Part shown: in pieces, positions 49,071 to 59,002 of the stretch
Layout: the number at the start of each line of letters is the position of its first letter
Position numbering within the stretch: the first letter of the stretch is position 1
Origin: an uncultured Planctomycetales bacterium
Lineage (GTDB): Bacteria > Planctomycetota > Planctomycetia > Isosphaerales > Isosphaeraceae
Assembly: GCA_903926465.1 (NCBI GenBank)
Contig: CAIYJE010000089.1
Coordinates: forward strand, 8,945-72,944
Reading direction: 5' to 3'
DNA length: 64,000 bases
Notes under the pieces: model-generated
Database searches by the model: none
The model's input: the letters and a program-made list of their open reading frames with translations, nothing else
Told to the model about the DNA's origin: nothing
Program-made: the position numbers and the translations under genes

Positions 49071-50222
49071 ATGACGCCGGCCCCCGACGATGAATTGCGC
49101 GAACTGCTCCGGCTCACCCTGACGTCCGGGATTGGCCCGGCCACGTATCGCGCTTTGCTTGAACGCTTTGGTACCGCCAAGCGAATTCTTCGCGCATCGA
49201 GTTCGGAATTGAAGCAGGTGCCCGGAGTTGGGCCGGTGCTTGCCGACCGCATTGTGGCCAGCCGGACTGAGGTCGATCCCGAGACCGAACTCTTGCTCTG
49301 CCAGAAGCACAACGTCCAGATCGTCCAGCGCACTCAGCCCGAGTATCCCTCTTTGCTGCACGATATCCATGACACGCCCCCGCTGCTCTACGTTCGCGGC
49401 ACCCTGGAGCCGTCTGATCAGTTTGCCATCGCGCTGGTGGGCTCGCGGCGTTGCACCCCCTACGGCTTGCGGGTGTGCGAAAAGCTGTCCCGCTCGCTGG
49501 GTCGAGCCGGTTTAACCGTGGTCTCTGGCCTGGCCCGGGGGATTGACGCGGCCGCGCACCGAGGCGCCATGAAAGGGGGCGGCCGGACGCTGGCAGTTGT
49601 TGCCAACGGTCTGGAAGAGATTTACCCTCCCGAGCACGCGGAACTGGCCGATCAGATTGCTGGCTCCGGGGCCATTCTGACCGAGATGCCGATGCGTCAG
49701 AAGCCGCTGGCCGGCCTGTTCCCGCAGCGGAACCGGCTGATTGCCGGCCTTTGCCTGGGCGTGGTGGTTATTGAAGCCGCGCCTCGGAGCGGCTCCCTGC
49801 TTACGGCTCAGCATGCGCTGGAACAGAATCGCGAAGTTTTTGCGGTTCCAGGACCTGTGGACAGCCTGAGTAGTCGCGGATGCCACCAGTTGATTCGTGA
49901 CGGGGCCAAGCTGGTCTCGTCGGTTGAGGATATTCTGGAGGAGCTTGCCCCCCAGATTCGAGGCCGATTGCCGAGGACCGATCAGGTGCCGACCGGGCCC
50001 CAGGCCCCGGCCCCAGTGACTGCCGAGTCTCCCACGGCGGCTCGCAGTCTATCCGAGCAAGAGCTGTCGATTTTGGGACAGCTTGACGACCTGCCGCGGC
50101 CGGCGGATGACTTGATCGGTCGGACGGGACTGACTGCATCTCAGGTGATGGCCACGTTGAGTGTGCTTGAGATGCGCAGGCTGATCAGACGCATGCCCGG
50201 CAACCAGTTTGTCAGAGTTTGA
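49071..50222 (+). CDS. dprA: DNA-processing protein DprA
   Basis: LVGSRRCTPYG, GLARGIDAAAHRGA, GSLLTAQHALEQNREVFAVPG, and a C-terminal winged-helix-like tail. Confidence 0.9.
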   Translation: MTPAPDDELRELLRLTLTSGIGPATYRALLERFGTAKRILRASSSELKQVPGVGPVLADRIVASRTEVDPETELLLCQKHNVQIVQRTQPEYPSLLHDIHDTPPLLYVRGTLEPSDQFAIALVGSRRCTPYGLRVCEKLSRSLGRAGLTVVSGLARGIDAAAHRGAMKGGGRTLAVVANGLEEIYPPEHAELADQIAGSGAILTEMPMRQKPLAGLFPQRNRLIAGLCLGVVVIEAAPRSGSLLTAQHALEQNREVFAVPGPVDSLSSRGCHQLIRDGAKLVSSVEDILEELAPQIRGRLPRTDQVPTGPQAPAPVTAESPTAARSLSEQELSILGQLDDLPRPADDLIGRTGLTASQVMATLSVLEMRRLIRRMPGNQFVRV

Positions 50223-50240
50223 GCCAGGAGGACCGAGCCG

Positions 50241-51434
50241 GTGGACGACTCCCTGGCCACACAGGATTGGATGCACGCAGAGGCTGCCGCGTGGAAGGCT
50301 CGTGGGCTGGACCGTCAGCTTGCTTGCGTGGAGGCCGTTGATGGCGACCGCATCCGCGTTGGTGAGAACTGGCTCTGGAATCTCGCCTCAAACGACTACC
50401 TTGGCCTGGCCCGGCACCCGTTGGTGCAACAGGCTGCCTCTCGGGCTGCTCTTCAGTGGGGTGGCGGCGCTGGGGCATCGCCCCTGGTCTCGGGTTGGAG
50501 CCGGCTCCACCAAGACCTGACGGATGATCTGGCGGCTTTTGAAGGGGTGCCTGCCGTGGCACTTTTTCCTTCGGGGTTTTCCGCAAACTTAGGGGCTATT
50601 GTCTCGCTGGTGGGGCCCGGTGATGCTGTTTTTCTGGATCGCCTGGACCATGCCTGTTTGGTTGCCGGTGCCAAGCTTTCTGGCGCCAGGGTTCGGGTCT
50701 ATCCCCATAACGACCTCGATCGACTGGCAAACGCGCTTCAGCGAGAGCGTGCGGCCTACCGTCGCGTGCTGGTGGCCACCGATGGTGTGTTCAGCATGGA
50801 TGGAGATCTTGCCCCGTTGCCAGAACTGGTCGATCTGGCCGAGCGGTTCCACGCCATGACCTTGGTTGACGAGGCCCACGCCACGGGGGTGCTGGGTCCG
50901 CAGGGGCGAGGGGCGTGCGCTTTGCTTGGGGTTGAAGATCGGGTCACGGTGCGGGTTGGAACTCTCTCCAAGGCGCTGGGGGCGATGGGAGGTTTTGTCG
51001 CGGGATCACGCGTTCTGGTGGATCGGATTCTGAACCGAGCACCTGCTTATATGTTTTCGACATCGCTGGCCCCGGCTGCGGTGGGTGCTGCGTTGGCGGC
51101 GCTGGGCCTGGTGCGTGCGGAGCCCGAGCGTCGGATCAGGCTGGCCCAACTCTGCCGCCAGTTTCAAGCGAGTCTGGGAATTCCTGAAATGAAGCTGCCG
51201 GAATTCCCCACGCCGATCATTCCGATCGTGGTGGGAAAGGCCGACCGCGCGATGCAGCTGGCATTGGAATTGCGCGATGCCGGGTTCCTGGTGCCGGCCA
51301 TCCGGCCGCCAACCGTTCCGCGGGGCACATCTCGGCTGAGAGTCAGCCTCTCGGCAACCTTGTCTGAGGATATGGTTGAATCTCTTGCCATGAAAATTGG
51401 CCAGCTTCAACCGGGTCCCGGGATTGCTGGCTAA
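50241..51434 (+). CDS. bioF: 8-amino-7-oxononanoate synthase
   Basis: NDYLGLA, DEAHATGVLG, and the PLP lysine context GTLSKALGAMGGFV. GTG start. Confidence 0.9.
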   Translation: MDDSLATQDWMHAEAAAWKARGLDRQLACVEAVDGDRIRVGENWLWNLASNDYLGLARHPLVQQAASRAALQWGGGAGASPLVSGWSRLHQDLTDDLAAFEGVPAVALFPSGFSANLGAIVSLVGPGDAVFLDRLDHACLVAGAKLSGARVRVYPHNDLDRLANALQRERAAYRRVLVATDGVFSMDGDLAPLPELVDLAERFHAMTLVDEAHATGVLGPQGRGACALLGVEDRVTVRVGTLSKALGAMGGFVAGSRVLVDRILNRAPAYMFSTSLAPAAVGAALAALGLVRAEPERRIRLAQLCRQFQASLGIPEMKLPEFPTPIIPIVVGKADRAMQLALELRDAGFLVPAIRPPTVPRGTSRLRVSLSATLSEDMVESLAMKIGQLQPGPGIAG

Positions 51435-51470
51435 GTCAGCCTCAACTTTGTGAAATGGAATGGAACGCTA

Positions 51471-51532
51471 GTTGACGTGAAGTTGCCAATCTGACGACTT
51501 GACATTTTTTGACGAAGTGTCAGAATTGAATC
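51471..51532 (+). promoter_or_regulatory. candidate tetR promoter/operator
   Basis: TTGACA at 51499-51504. The inverted repeat TCTGAC (51490-95) / GTCAGA (51519-24) brackets it. Three TTGAC(G/A) copies lie within 45 nt, and the ATG is only ~9 nt after the repeat. Confidence 0.35.
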
Positions 51533-52267
51533 ATGACAACTCTGACCCGAAAACAACGAGAGGTCCAAGAGCGGGAACTTCGGCTCCTTGAGGTTGCCCG
51601 CAAGATGTTGATTGAACATGGTTTTGCCGGTCTGAATATGGACGAGGTTGCCCGGGCAACGGAGTACTCCAAGGGGACGGTCTACGGCCATTTTTCCTCG
51701 AAAGAGGATCTCGTGACCGCGCTGGCGATCCAGAGCATGGAACAGCGGCTCTTGTTGTTTGAGCGCGCATTTCGGTTTGAGGCCTTGCCGCGGGAGCGCA
51801 TGCTGGCGATTGGTGTTGCGGATGAACTGTTCGTGCGGCTCCATCCTTCCTACTTTCGGTCCGAGCTGGTGATCAAAATGGCCAACCTGGAGAGTCGAGT
51901 CTCTCCGGAACGAACGGAGATCTTGGGAAAACTGGATCAGCAGTGTTTCTCGTTTCTCATGAAGATTATTGATGTGGCACTTGATCGGGGGGACCTGACG
52001 TTTGCTGAACCGAGTCAGCCGGCTGACCTGGTTTTCGCGCTCTTCTCCCTGGCCATTGGCAGTAGCACGGTCATCATGAACTTTTGCCCGTTGCTTGAGA
52101 AATTTCAGATCGCAGACCCGTTTGCCTCCTGTCGCGAAAACGCCCAGATCTTGCTCGATGGTTTTGCTTGGAAACCGCTGAGATCAGATTGGGATTACGC
52201 CGCAACCTACCAACGGATCGCCACGGAGATCTTTCCCGATGAATGTCAGCGCATCGCCCGGGGCTAG
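51533..52267 (+). CDS. TetR/AcrR family transcriptional regulator
   Basis: HTH region FAGLNMDEVARATEYSKGTVYGHFSSKEDL. Confidence 0.9.
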   Translation: MTTLTRKQREVQERELRLLEVARKMLIEHGFAGLNMDEVARATEYSKGTVYGHFSSKEDLVTALAIQSMEQRLLLFERAFRFEALPRERMLAIGVADELFVRLHPSYFRSELVIKMANLESRVSPERTEILGKLDQQCFSFLMKIIDVALDRGDLTFAEPSQPADLVFALFSLAIGSSTVIMNFCPLLEKFQIADPFASCRENAQILLDGFAWKPLRSDWDYAATYQRIATEIFPDECQRIARG

Positions 52268-53498
52268 ACCGGGGCTTTTTTTTGCCGGTGTCTTGACGAA
52301 TCGTCGAAAATTGACGATTGGTCTGGCGGTGGTGCTTATGGCCGTGCTCCTGACCGTGGTCGGACGCGGGCAACTGGCGTTGATGGCCACCTCTCGTGGA
52401 CCGTCTGTGGGGCCAATTCCAGCGACCACGGTTCAAGTGGTAACGCTGAGAGAGGAAGTTGTTGCGGTGGGCCTCCGGTACTCAGCGCTGGTGAAGGAAT
52501 TACGTCGGGTCGAACTCTCGTTTCGAGTGCCGGGGACGGTTGAGAAACTGTTGCAGGTGACGGGGCCTGGCGGGCAGGTTCGCAATGTTCACGAAGGTGA
52601 CCAGCTCTTGAAGGATCTGGTTATCGCAGAGCTAGACACCGAGGATTATGAACGTGAGCGCAAGATGGCAACGGAGCGGCTTGCAGAGGCGGGTGCCAGG
52701 GTGAAGCAGGCCGAGGCCGCCGCGGAACTTGCAGAGATTGACTACCGTCGCGCTGAACAGCTTGGGCAGCGGAACGCAGCCAGTACATCCGAGGTGGATA
52801 CCATCCGAGCCCGGCTCAGGAACACAACGGCGCAAGAGCAGGTGGACCGCCGCTCCCTTGAGCTTGCCAGGCTTGCTCTGGAGCAGGCCGAGGCCAACCT
52901 CAGGCATTGCAAGCTCACGGTCCCGTTTGAGTCAGCCTCCGTGGCTCGTCGCCAGATTGAAGTGAATGAGCGTGTGCTGGCGAATCAGCAAGCCTTTTCA
53001 CTCATAGATGTTTCGAGCGTCACGGTGGCGTTCCATGTTCCAGACACCCTGGTCAGCCAGCTAATGATGGGCCAGTCGATGGACGTGAGCTGTGAGGCGA
53101 TTCCTGGCGCCTCGTTTGTCGGCAAGATCCACAAGATTGGCTCAAGTGCTGATCCCCTGACTCGCACGTACCCGGTTGAGATTCGCATTGATCAGCCCGG
53201 AGGGCTGCGGCCGGGCATGGTTGCAACCGCACATCTATCGCGCGATCGCTCGGCCTATCTTTTGCCCCTCACCGCCATCGCTCCTGGCCGGTCCAGTCAC
53301 GCCCGAATGGCGTACCGGGTGGTCGAAGAATCTGGTGAGCTGGTGGTGCGAGAAATCTCGGTGCGCCTGGACGGAATCCTTGATAACCGGGCCGCGATTC
53401 GGCTTGGCCCTGGCGAGATGATGGCCCCGGGAGATCGCATCGTTGCCACGGGTGTGCATCGCTTATATGACGGCCAGTCCGTGCGTATTGCCGATTGA
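52239..53498 (+). CDS. efflux RND transporter periplasmic adaptor subunit
   Basis: N-terminal anchor RRKLTIGLAVVLMAVLL, a coiled-coil hairpin (AEAGARVKQAEAAAELAEIDYRRAEQL...), and beta-barrel/lipoyl-type blocks. ATG 52239 (with a GGAG ribosome-binding site) overlaps tetR by 29 nt. An alternative TTG lies at 52293. Confidence 0.85.
   Translation: MNVSASPGARPGLFFAGVLTNRRKLTIGLAVVLMAVLLTVVGRGQLALMATSRGPSVGPIPATTVQVVTLREEVVAVGLRYSALVKELRRVELSFRVPGTVEKLLQVTGPGGQVRNVHEGDQLLKDLVIAELDTEDYERERKMATERLAEAGARVKQAEAAAELAEIDYRRAEQLGQRNAASTSEVDTIRARLRNTTAQEQVDRRSLELARLALEQAEANLRHCKLTVPFESASVARRQIEVNERVLANQQAFSLIDVSSVTVAFHVPDTLVSQLMMGQSMDVSCEAIPGASFVGKIHKIGSSADPLTRTYPVEIRIDQPGGLRPGMVATAHLSRDRSAYLLPLTAIAPGRSSHARMAYRVVEESGELVVREISVRLDGILDNRAAIRLGPGEMMAPGDRIVATGVHRLYDGQSVRIAD
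52256..52283 (+). terminator. weak hairpin plus T8 run straddling the tetR stop (possible partial terminator/attenuator)
   Basis: GCCCgGG-gctaga-CCgGGGC followed by TTTTTTTT (52276-52283). The stem is imperfect. Confidence 0.3.
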
Positions 53499-53594
53499 CG
53501 TTGACCGCCGGTTGACTGCGGGAATGGGAGCTCATCGGGATTTGTCCAGCGGCGTTGCCGAGGGACCAAGCGTCTGAAGGCCAGGAGAAGTTGC

Positions 53595-56500
53595 ATGACG
53601 ACCTCTCAGTATTTTGTGTACAAACGGCCGATCGCATGGACCCTGCTGGTCTTTACGCTGGTCTGGGGGGCTTATGCCTATTTGTCGATGCCGCAGCGTC
53701 AGGATCCCTTGATCGAGATTCGGACCGGTGTCGTGCAAACGTACTGCCCTGGGGCAGGTGCGCAAGAGGTTGAGCAAGAGGTGACGCGCAAGATTGAGCG
53801 GAAGTTGAGTGAGAATCCTGCGGTTGAGCACGTTCGGTCCATCAGCCGGCAGGGACTCTCTGTGGTTTTTGTTGATCTTTTCGACAGAATCAAGAATGCC
53901 GAATCGATCTGGCAAGATCTGGATAACCGCCTGACCTCGATGACCGACCTACCATCGTATGGCGGACAGGTGGCACGCCCCCGACTGGATAAAGACTTTG
54001 GCGATAGTGTGGCGGTGATGCTAACGGTGAGTAGTCCGCCAGTTCCCGACTTTGAGGTTGAACAACGGGCGGCCCTGATCCAGCCACAAATCGAGTCGCT
54101 CCGCGCGGAAATCCCGGAACCACTCCAGGGTCACAGGTTCAGCGGAGTCCTGGTTTATCCTTCCAGTATTCCACCAACCTTGGTCGAGCGAATGGGGCGG
54201 TTGCTGCTGCACCGGCTTGTCGAGCAGAAACTCGCCAGCGATGGCCGCTACCTCGGCCTGATTGGTGCAGGTGTGATTGATTTTCAGCTTGCAGCCAGTT
54301 GCGACCGAGCCAGGCTGGAAGCCGAGGTCAAACAGTGGTCACAGCACGCCGTGGGGGCCGGTTGGAGTCACCCGGATCTGTGGCGGCTCGTGTTTGTTGA
54401 GAATCCCCAGGAACTGACCGATGAGTTTAAACGCCACTGCCAGGCCGAACCTGGTGGAATCGCTCGCTACTCCTATCAAGAACTTCACAAGTTTGTAGAC
54501 CTGATCCAGGATCGACTTCGCCAATCACCCCGGGTCGGCAAGATCGAGCAGATCGGTGTCGTCGATGAAACGATTTCGCTCTATTACAGCAATCGCCGTC
54601 TGGGAGCTCTTGGGATCGAGCCCGCCAGTCTTGCCCAGCAAATCGCAGCGCGAAATATTCACCTACCGGGCGGCACGGTGGAACTCCCAAACCAAAACCT
54701 GGTTGTGGAGCCCACCGGCAAGTTTCTCCAGGAGTCCGAGATCGGTCTCATGGCCGTGGAGTCTTCCAAGGGTTCTCGCCTGTATTTGCGTGATCTCGTC
54801 GACGTGGTGCGTGGGTATGAGAATCTGCCCCGATTACTCAACTTCCGGACCGTTAAGGGGACAGCGCCTGGCGCAGCCGAGTCTCATGATTCGACGATGG
54901 TTCAGGGGTCATCCGGGCAATTGGTTGAGCCGGACCGGCCCTGGACCACCCGGGCGATCACGCTAGCCATCCGGCACAGCAAAGGAACACATATTGCCGA
55001 GTTCAGTACCGATGTTGATCGAGCAATCGAGTCGCTCAAGGGTGTGTTGCCCGATGACCTGCGAATCGAGCGCACCAGCAACGAACCCGCCCTGGTCGAG
55101 CACAAGATTGAGCAGTTCAATGACTGTCTGATCGAGGCGGTGATTATTGTTGTGATCGTCGCACTACTGTTCATGGAGTGGCGCAGTGCGCTTGTGGTTG
55201 CCATTTCGATTCCCATCACGGTAGCCATGACCCTGGGCATTTGTGCGATGCTGGGGATAGACCTTCAGCAGATCTCGATCGCAGCCCTGATCATTGCTCT
55301 GGGGTTGCTCGTCGATGACCCTGTGGTGGCGAGCGACGCCATCAATCGCGAACTGGCCCAGGGTACACCCAGGGATGTGGCGGCCTGGCTGGGCCCGCAG
55401 AAACTCTCAAGAGCGATTCTCTATGCCACGGTCACGAATTGTGTGGCGTTTCTGCCGCTTTTGCTGGTGACTGGAGTGGTGGGAGAATTCATTTATTCAC
55501 TGCCCGTCGTTGTCACCGCATCACTGATTGCCAGTCGGCTGGTTTCCATGACCTTCATCCCCTTGCTGGGTTACCATTTGCTCAAGGGTCAGCGCGGTTT
55601 TGAGAGCGGTGCTGCCGGCCAGGAATCCGGCTCCCGATTTGCAAGAATCTACAATGGATTTTCTGAGGTTTGCATAGAACACCGCTGGGCAACGCTCGCT
55701 GCGTGTCTGGTTTTTCTGAGCGGAGCGCTGAGCCTGGTTCCCCTGATCGGTACCAGCTTTTTCCCCAAGGATCTCCATACGGTCTTTAGTGTAAATCTCT
55801 ACCTGGCCGAAGGATCCCCCATCCATCAGTCCAGGTCTGAAGCCATGACAGCCATCAACGCAATCGAGGCTCTGATCGGCGATGATGTGAGCGCCTACAC
55901 GACCTTTGTCGGCGCTGGTTCGCCCCGGTTCTGGCTTTCTGTGGTTCCAGAGCAGCCGGCCGCCAATTATGCCCAGATTCTGGTCCACACGCGTCATCCA
56001 CGCGATACTGAAAAACTGGCGATTCGGCTCAAGCGAGAATTACCTTCGCGTCTCCCAGCCGCGCGGGTATCGGTGCAGCAAATGGAGACCGGGCCACCCG
56101 TTGGGGTTCCCATCCAGGTTCGGTTGCAAGGCGCTGAAATCGCCAGGCTCCGGCGGCTTGGTGAACAGATCAAGGGTTTCATGCGCAAGTATTCAGGAAC
56201 GATTGATATCCAGGATGACTGGGAGCCCGAAATCGTTCAGCTGAGGCTCGATATCGACGCCGACCGCGCCCAGCTTTCTGGACTCAATCATGAGGGAATT
56301 GCAAAAGCGATGGGCGGCGGTCTCTCTGGCTCGGTATCGACGTATGTCAGGGAGCGAGATCTTATGATTCCTGTCACGCTCCGGCTCCGGCCCGATGAGC
56401 GAAGCCAGCTTGATAATCTCATGACGCTGGATTCGTTTGTGGCGAGCACTGGGGAGCATGTTCCCCTGGACCAGGTGGCCACGATTCAGTCTGAGCTGGT

Positions 56501-57233
56501 TGCCCCGAAAATCTTGCGCAGGGATAACGTGAGATGTATGACCCTGAAGTGCGACACGGTGGCCGGCGTATTGCCAAGTCGTGTCGTGTTTTTTTTGGAA
56601 GAGGAGCTTGCCCGGGCATCGAAGGATTGGCCCAAGGGGTACAGCTACGCTTTTGGCGGTGAGAAGGAGGAGCAGGAGAAGGGGTTTGATTCGATGTCTC
56701 GGGCCATTGCGGTTTCGATTGTGGCAATCTATCTGGCGCTGGTCGTTCAGTTCAACAGTCTTTCGAAGCCAATCGTGGTGTTTGCAGCGGTCCCATTCGG
56801 AATGGTCGGAGGATTGATGGGTCTGCTCCTATTCGATGTTCCGCTTGGCTTTTTCGCTCTGCTGGGCCTCTCTTCACTGGCCGGTGTGATCATCAGCCAT
56901 GTCATCGTTCTATTCGAATACATTGAAGAGGCTCATGAGCGAGGCGAACCGGTGCGCCGAGCCGTGATTGATGCGGCGCTGGTTCGATTGCGGCCCGTGC
57001 TTGTCACGGTGCTGGCTACCGTAGGTGGGCTAATTCCCCTGGCCATCAAGGGTGGGCCGCTCTGGGAACCGCTTTGTTATGTCCAGATCTTGGGGCTTCT
57101 GACAGCAACGCTTGTGACCAAGGTGGTGGTGCCGGTACTCTATGTGATTTTCGTAGAGGATCTTGGGTTGATTCGCTGGGAACCGGTACAGGTTCAGATC
57201 CAGCGTGAGTCGGGTGGTTTGGAGCATGTATAA
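53595..57233 (+). CDS. efflux RND transporter permease subunit (AcrB-like, unusually long at 1212 aa)
   Basis: Twelve-TM RND architecture with two large periplasmic loops. Typical blocks include LGLLVDDPVV and ALVVQFNS..PIVVF.AVPFG.VG. Confidence 0.93.
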   Translation: MTTSQYFVYKRPIAWTLLVFTLVWGAYAYLSMPQRQDPLIEIRTGVVQTYCPGAGAQEVEQEVTRKIERKLSENPAVEHVRSISRQGLSVVFVDLFDRIKNAESIWQDLDNRLTSMTDLPSYGGQVARPRLDKDFGDSVAVMLTVSSPPVPDFEVEQRAALIQPQIESLRAEIPEPLQGHRFSGVLVYPSSIPPTLVERMGRLLLHRLVEQKLASDGRYLGLIGAGVIDFQLAASCDRARLEAEVKQWSQHAVGAGWSHPDLWRLVFVENPQELTDEFKRHCQAEPGGIARYSYQELHKFVDLIQDRLRQSPRVGKIEQIGVVDETISLYYSNRRLGALGIEPASLAQQIAARNIHLPGGTVELPNQNLVVEPTGKFLQESEIGLMAVESSKGSRLYLRDLVDVVRGYENLPRLLNFRTVKGTAPGAAESHDSTMVQGSSGQLVEPDRPWTTRAITLAIRHSKGTHIAEFSTDVDRAIESLKGVLPDDLRIERTSNEPALVEHKIEQFNDCLIEAVIIVVIVALLFMEWRSALVVAISIPITVAMTLGICAMLGIDLQQISIAALIIALGLLVDDPVVASDAINRELAQGTPRDVAAWLGPQKLSRAILYATVTNCVAFLPLLLVTGVVGEFIYSLPVVVTASLIASRLVSMTFIPLLGYHLLKGQRGFESGAAGQESGSRFARIYNGFSEVCIEHRWATLAACLVFLSGALSLVPLIGTSFFPKDLHTVFSVNLYLAEGSPIHQSRSEAMTAINAIEALIGDDVSAYTTFVGAGSPRFWLSVVPEQPAANYAQILVHTRHPRDTEKLAIRLKRELPSRLPAARVSVQQMETGPPVGVPIQVRLQGAEIARLRRLGEQIKGFMRKYSGTIDIQDDWEPEIVQLRLDIDADRAQLSGLNHEGIAKAMGGGLSGSVSTYVRERDLMIPVTLRLRPDERSQLDNLMTLDSFVASTGEHVPLDQVATIQSELVAPKILRRDNVRCMTLKCDTVAGVLPSRVVFFLEEELARASKDWPKGYSYAFGGEKEEQEKGFDSMSRAIAVSIVAIYLALVVQFNSLSKPIVVFAAVPFGMVGGLMGLLLFDVPLGFFALLGLSSLAGVIISHVIVLFEYIEEAHERGEPVRRAVIDAALVRLRPVLVTVLATVGGLIPLAIKGGPLWEPLCYVQILGLLTATLVTKVVVPVLYVIFVEDLGLIRWEPVQVQIQRESGGLEHV

Positions 57234-58788
57234 ACCGTTTCTAACAGGCTGCGGTCCAAACGATTCCCGACTGGTTGCCGTGCTCGGCTTTCTTGGCTTT
57301 GCTGGGTTCCTGGCCTGGATGATGGCGTTGGGACGGTTCGCGGATGTGGACGAGTGCTGGTACAAGGAAACGGGCCGCCAGTGGGCCATAAATGGGCGAT
57401 GGGCAAACCCTACGATACTGGGGTTCATGCCTGGGTTGGAAGTTCCACCCGAGGTGGTTCATTTTACCCAGCCGCCGGTGTATGCATTTTTGTTCGGGCT
57501 TTTCGTCAAGGTGGCTGGTTTTGGTTGGCGTCAGTGTGTTTTCTTTGACGCCATCATTCGCATGGGGCTGGCCTTGATTCTAGGACGGGCTGTCCGCAAA
57601 ATTGGCGGCCCTTTGATTCCTACGGTGGTGAGCTGGGCAATTTCGTGGGGATTCTTGCTGGTTAACACACGGATGGGACGGCCGGATGCTCTGGCTGTTT
57701 GTTTTGGTGTTTGTGGTTTATTGCTCTTACAGGATCAGCCGCTTGATCTCAGGCGGATCGTAGGATCCGGGGTGCTCTTTGGATTATGCACCGGAACGAA
57801 CCTTGTTGGTGGTTGCATCATGGGAATGATCGCTGTTCCGCTGATACTCTTGTCATCATCGGGCTGGCGAAGTGGTTTTGTGTTCTGTGCTCTCTGGGCC
57901 ACGGTCACTGCGATCATCCTGGGAATGATTGTTGCTCCGATTCTCGTTGCCGCGCCCGGCTGTATCATGCAGTTTTTGGCCCACGGCCGAATCCATGCCG
58001 GTGAGAGGCTGACTATAAACGTGATTCTCGAAGTCCTGAAGGGACACGGTTCCATGGCAATTCTCTTGGCGGGAACCGGCCTTGCTACGCTTTTCACGAG
58101 CGTATCCAGTCTGAGAATTATGAATCGACAGGACTGGCTTCGATTGTGGTCTGGCCCCGCGCTGGCACTTGCAACTTGGTTCGTACTGAGTTCTCGCAAA
58201 GAGTATTATCTCATATTCGTTGCACTCTGGCTTTTTGTGCTTACCGCGGGACAGCTAGGACGCCAGTGGGATTGGTTTCCTCGTCGTGTGCGGAGGCTCT
58301 CGGCGGGTACGCTTGCTGCCATCTTATTGCTTGTTGGCTCTCAGGGCGTGAAGGACGCCTCGGAATTGTTCTTACCCACCCATCAGAGCCCTGCCTGGAA
58401 CGAACGCTGGCTCCAGAGTGTGATTCCGCCAGGGAGCAAGGTTGTTGCCTCTCAGAACTCCTGGTGGTTCCTGATGAATGAACGCGTTGTGTTTGACGGA
58501 ACCTGGGCCGGGCCCGATATGACACAGGTTGATTATGTGGTTCTGACCCGGGAGTCTTTCTATTCCAAATCCACCGCAGGATATCCTCAACCGCCTACAT
58601 TTCAGAAGAGTTTTGGGCCCCTGAAGAGTTACCAGATTTCCGATCATTTTCGTCTATTGGCATCCAACTTTAGTCCAGAGAAACCAGGCTTTGGTGCCAT
58701 GGTTTTTGAGCGAATTCCTGCCGACCTGAACGAAAATCCTGATGTGGCCGGTGATCCAATGATCGCCAGGCCGGACACGGCCGAATGA
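57226..58788 (+). CDS. GT-C fold membrane glycosyltransferase-like protein (ArnT/PMT family-like)
   Basis: About 11 predicted TM helices. The first-loop motif DVDECWYKETGRQW resembles the DExxY motif of ArnT/PMT_2 enzymes. Its ATG overlaps the RND stop by 8 nt. Confidence 0.55.
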   Translation: MYKPFLTGCGPNDSRLVAVLGFLGFAGFLAWMMALGRFADVDECWYKETGRQWAINGRWANPTILGFMPGLEVPPEVVHFTQPPVYAFLFGLFVKVAGFGWRQCVFFDAIIRMGLALILGRAVRKIGGPLIPTVVSWAISWGFLLVNTRMGRPDALAVCFGVCGLLLLQDQPLDLRRIVGSGVLFGLCTGTNLVGGCIMGMIAVPLILLSSSGWRSGFVFCALWATVTAIILGMIVAPILVAAPGCIMQFLAHGRIHAGERLTINVILEVLKGHGSMAILLAGTGLATLFTSVSSLRIMNRQDWLRLWSGPALALATWFVLSSRKEYYLIFVALWLFVLTAGQLGRQWDWFPRRVRRLSAGTLAAILLLVGSQGVKDASELFLPTHQSPAWNERWLQSVIPPGSKVVASQNSWWFLMNERVVFDGTWAGPDMTQVDYVVLTRESFYSKSTAGYPQPPTFQKSFGPLKSYQISDHFRLLASNFSPEKPGFGAMVFERIPADLNENPDVAGDPMIARPDTAE

Positions 58789-59002
58789 GATCGGTTCCTG
58801 GAGTCCTGGTTCACGGATAAGCCAGGATTGTGGCTGCCGTTCGTCGTTCAGATCGGTCCGGTCTCGCTCCGCGTGCTTGCTCTTCAAGTGCTTGCAGGGG
58901 AAGATCGATGCCAGTGGTCTGAAGTCTGGCCGGGTGTTCTTCTGGCATGACGGTTCCTTGGTTCTTTTGCTGCCACCAGCAGCCTCAACAGGAATTTCAC
59001 CG

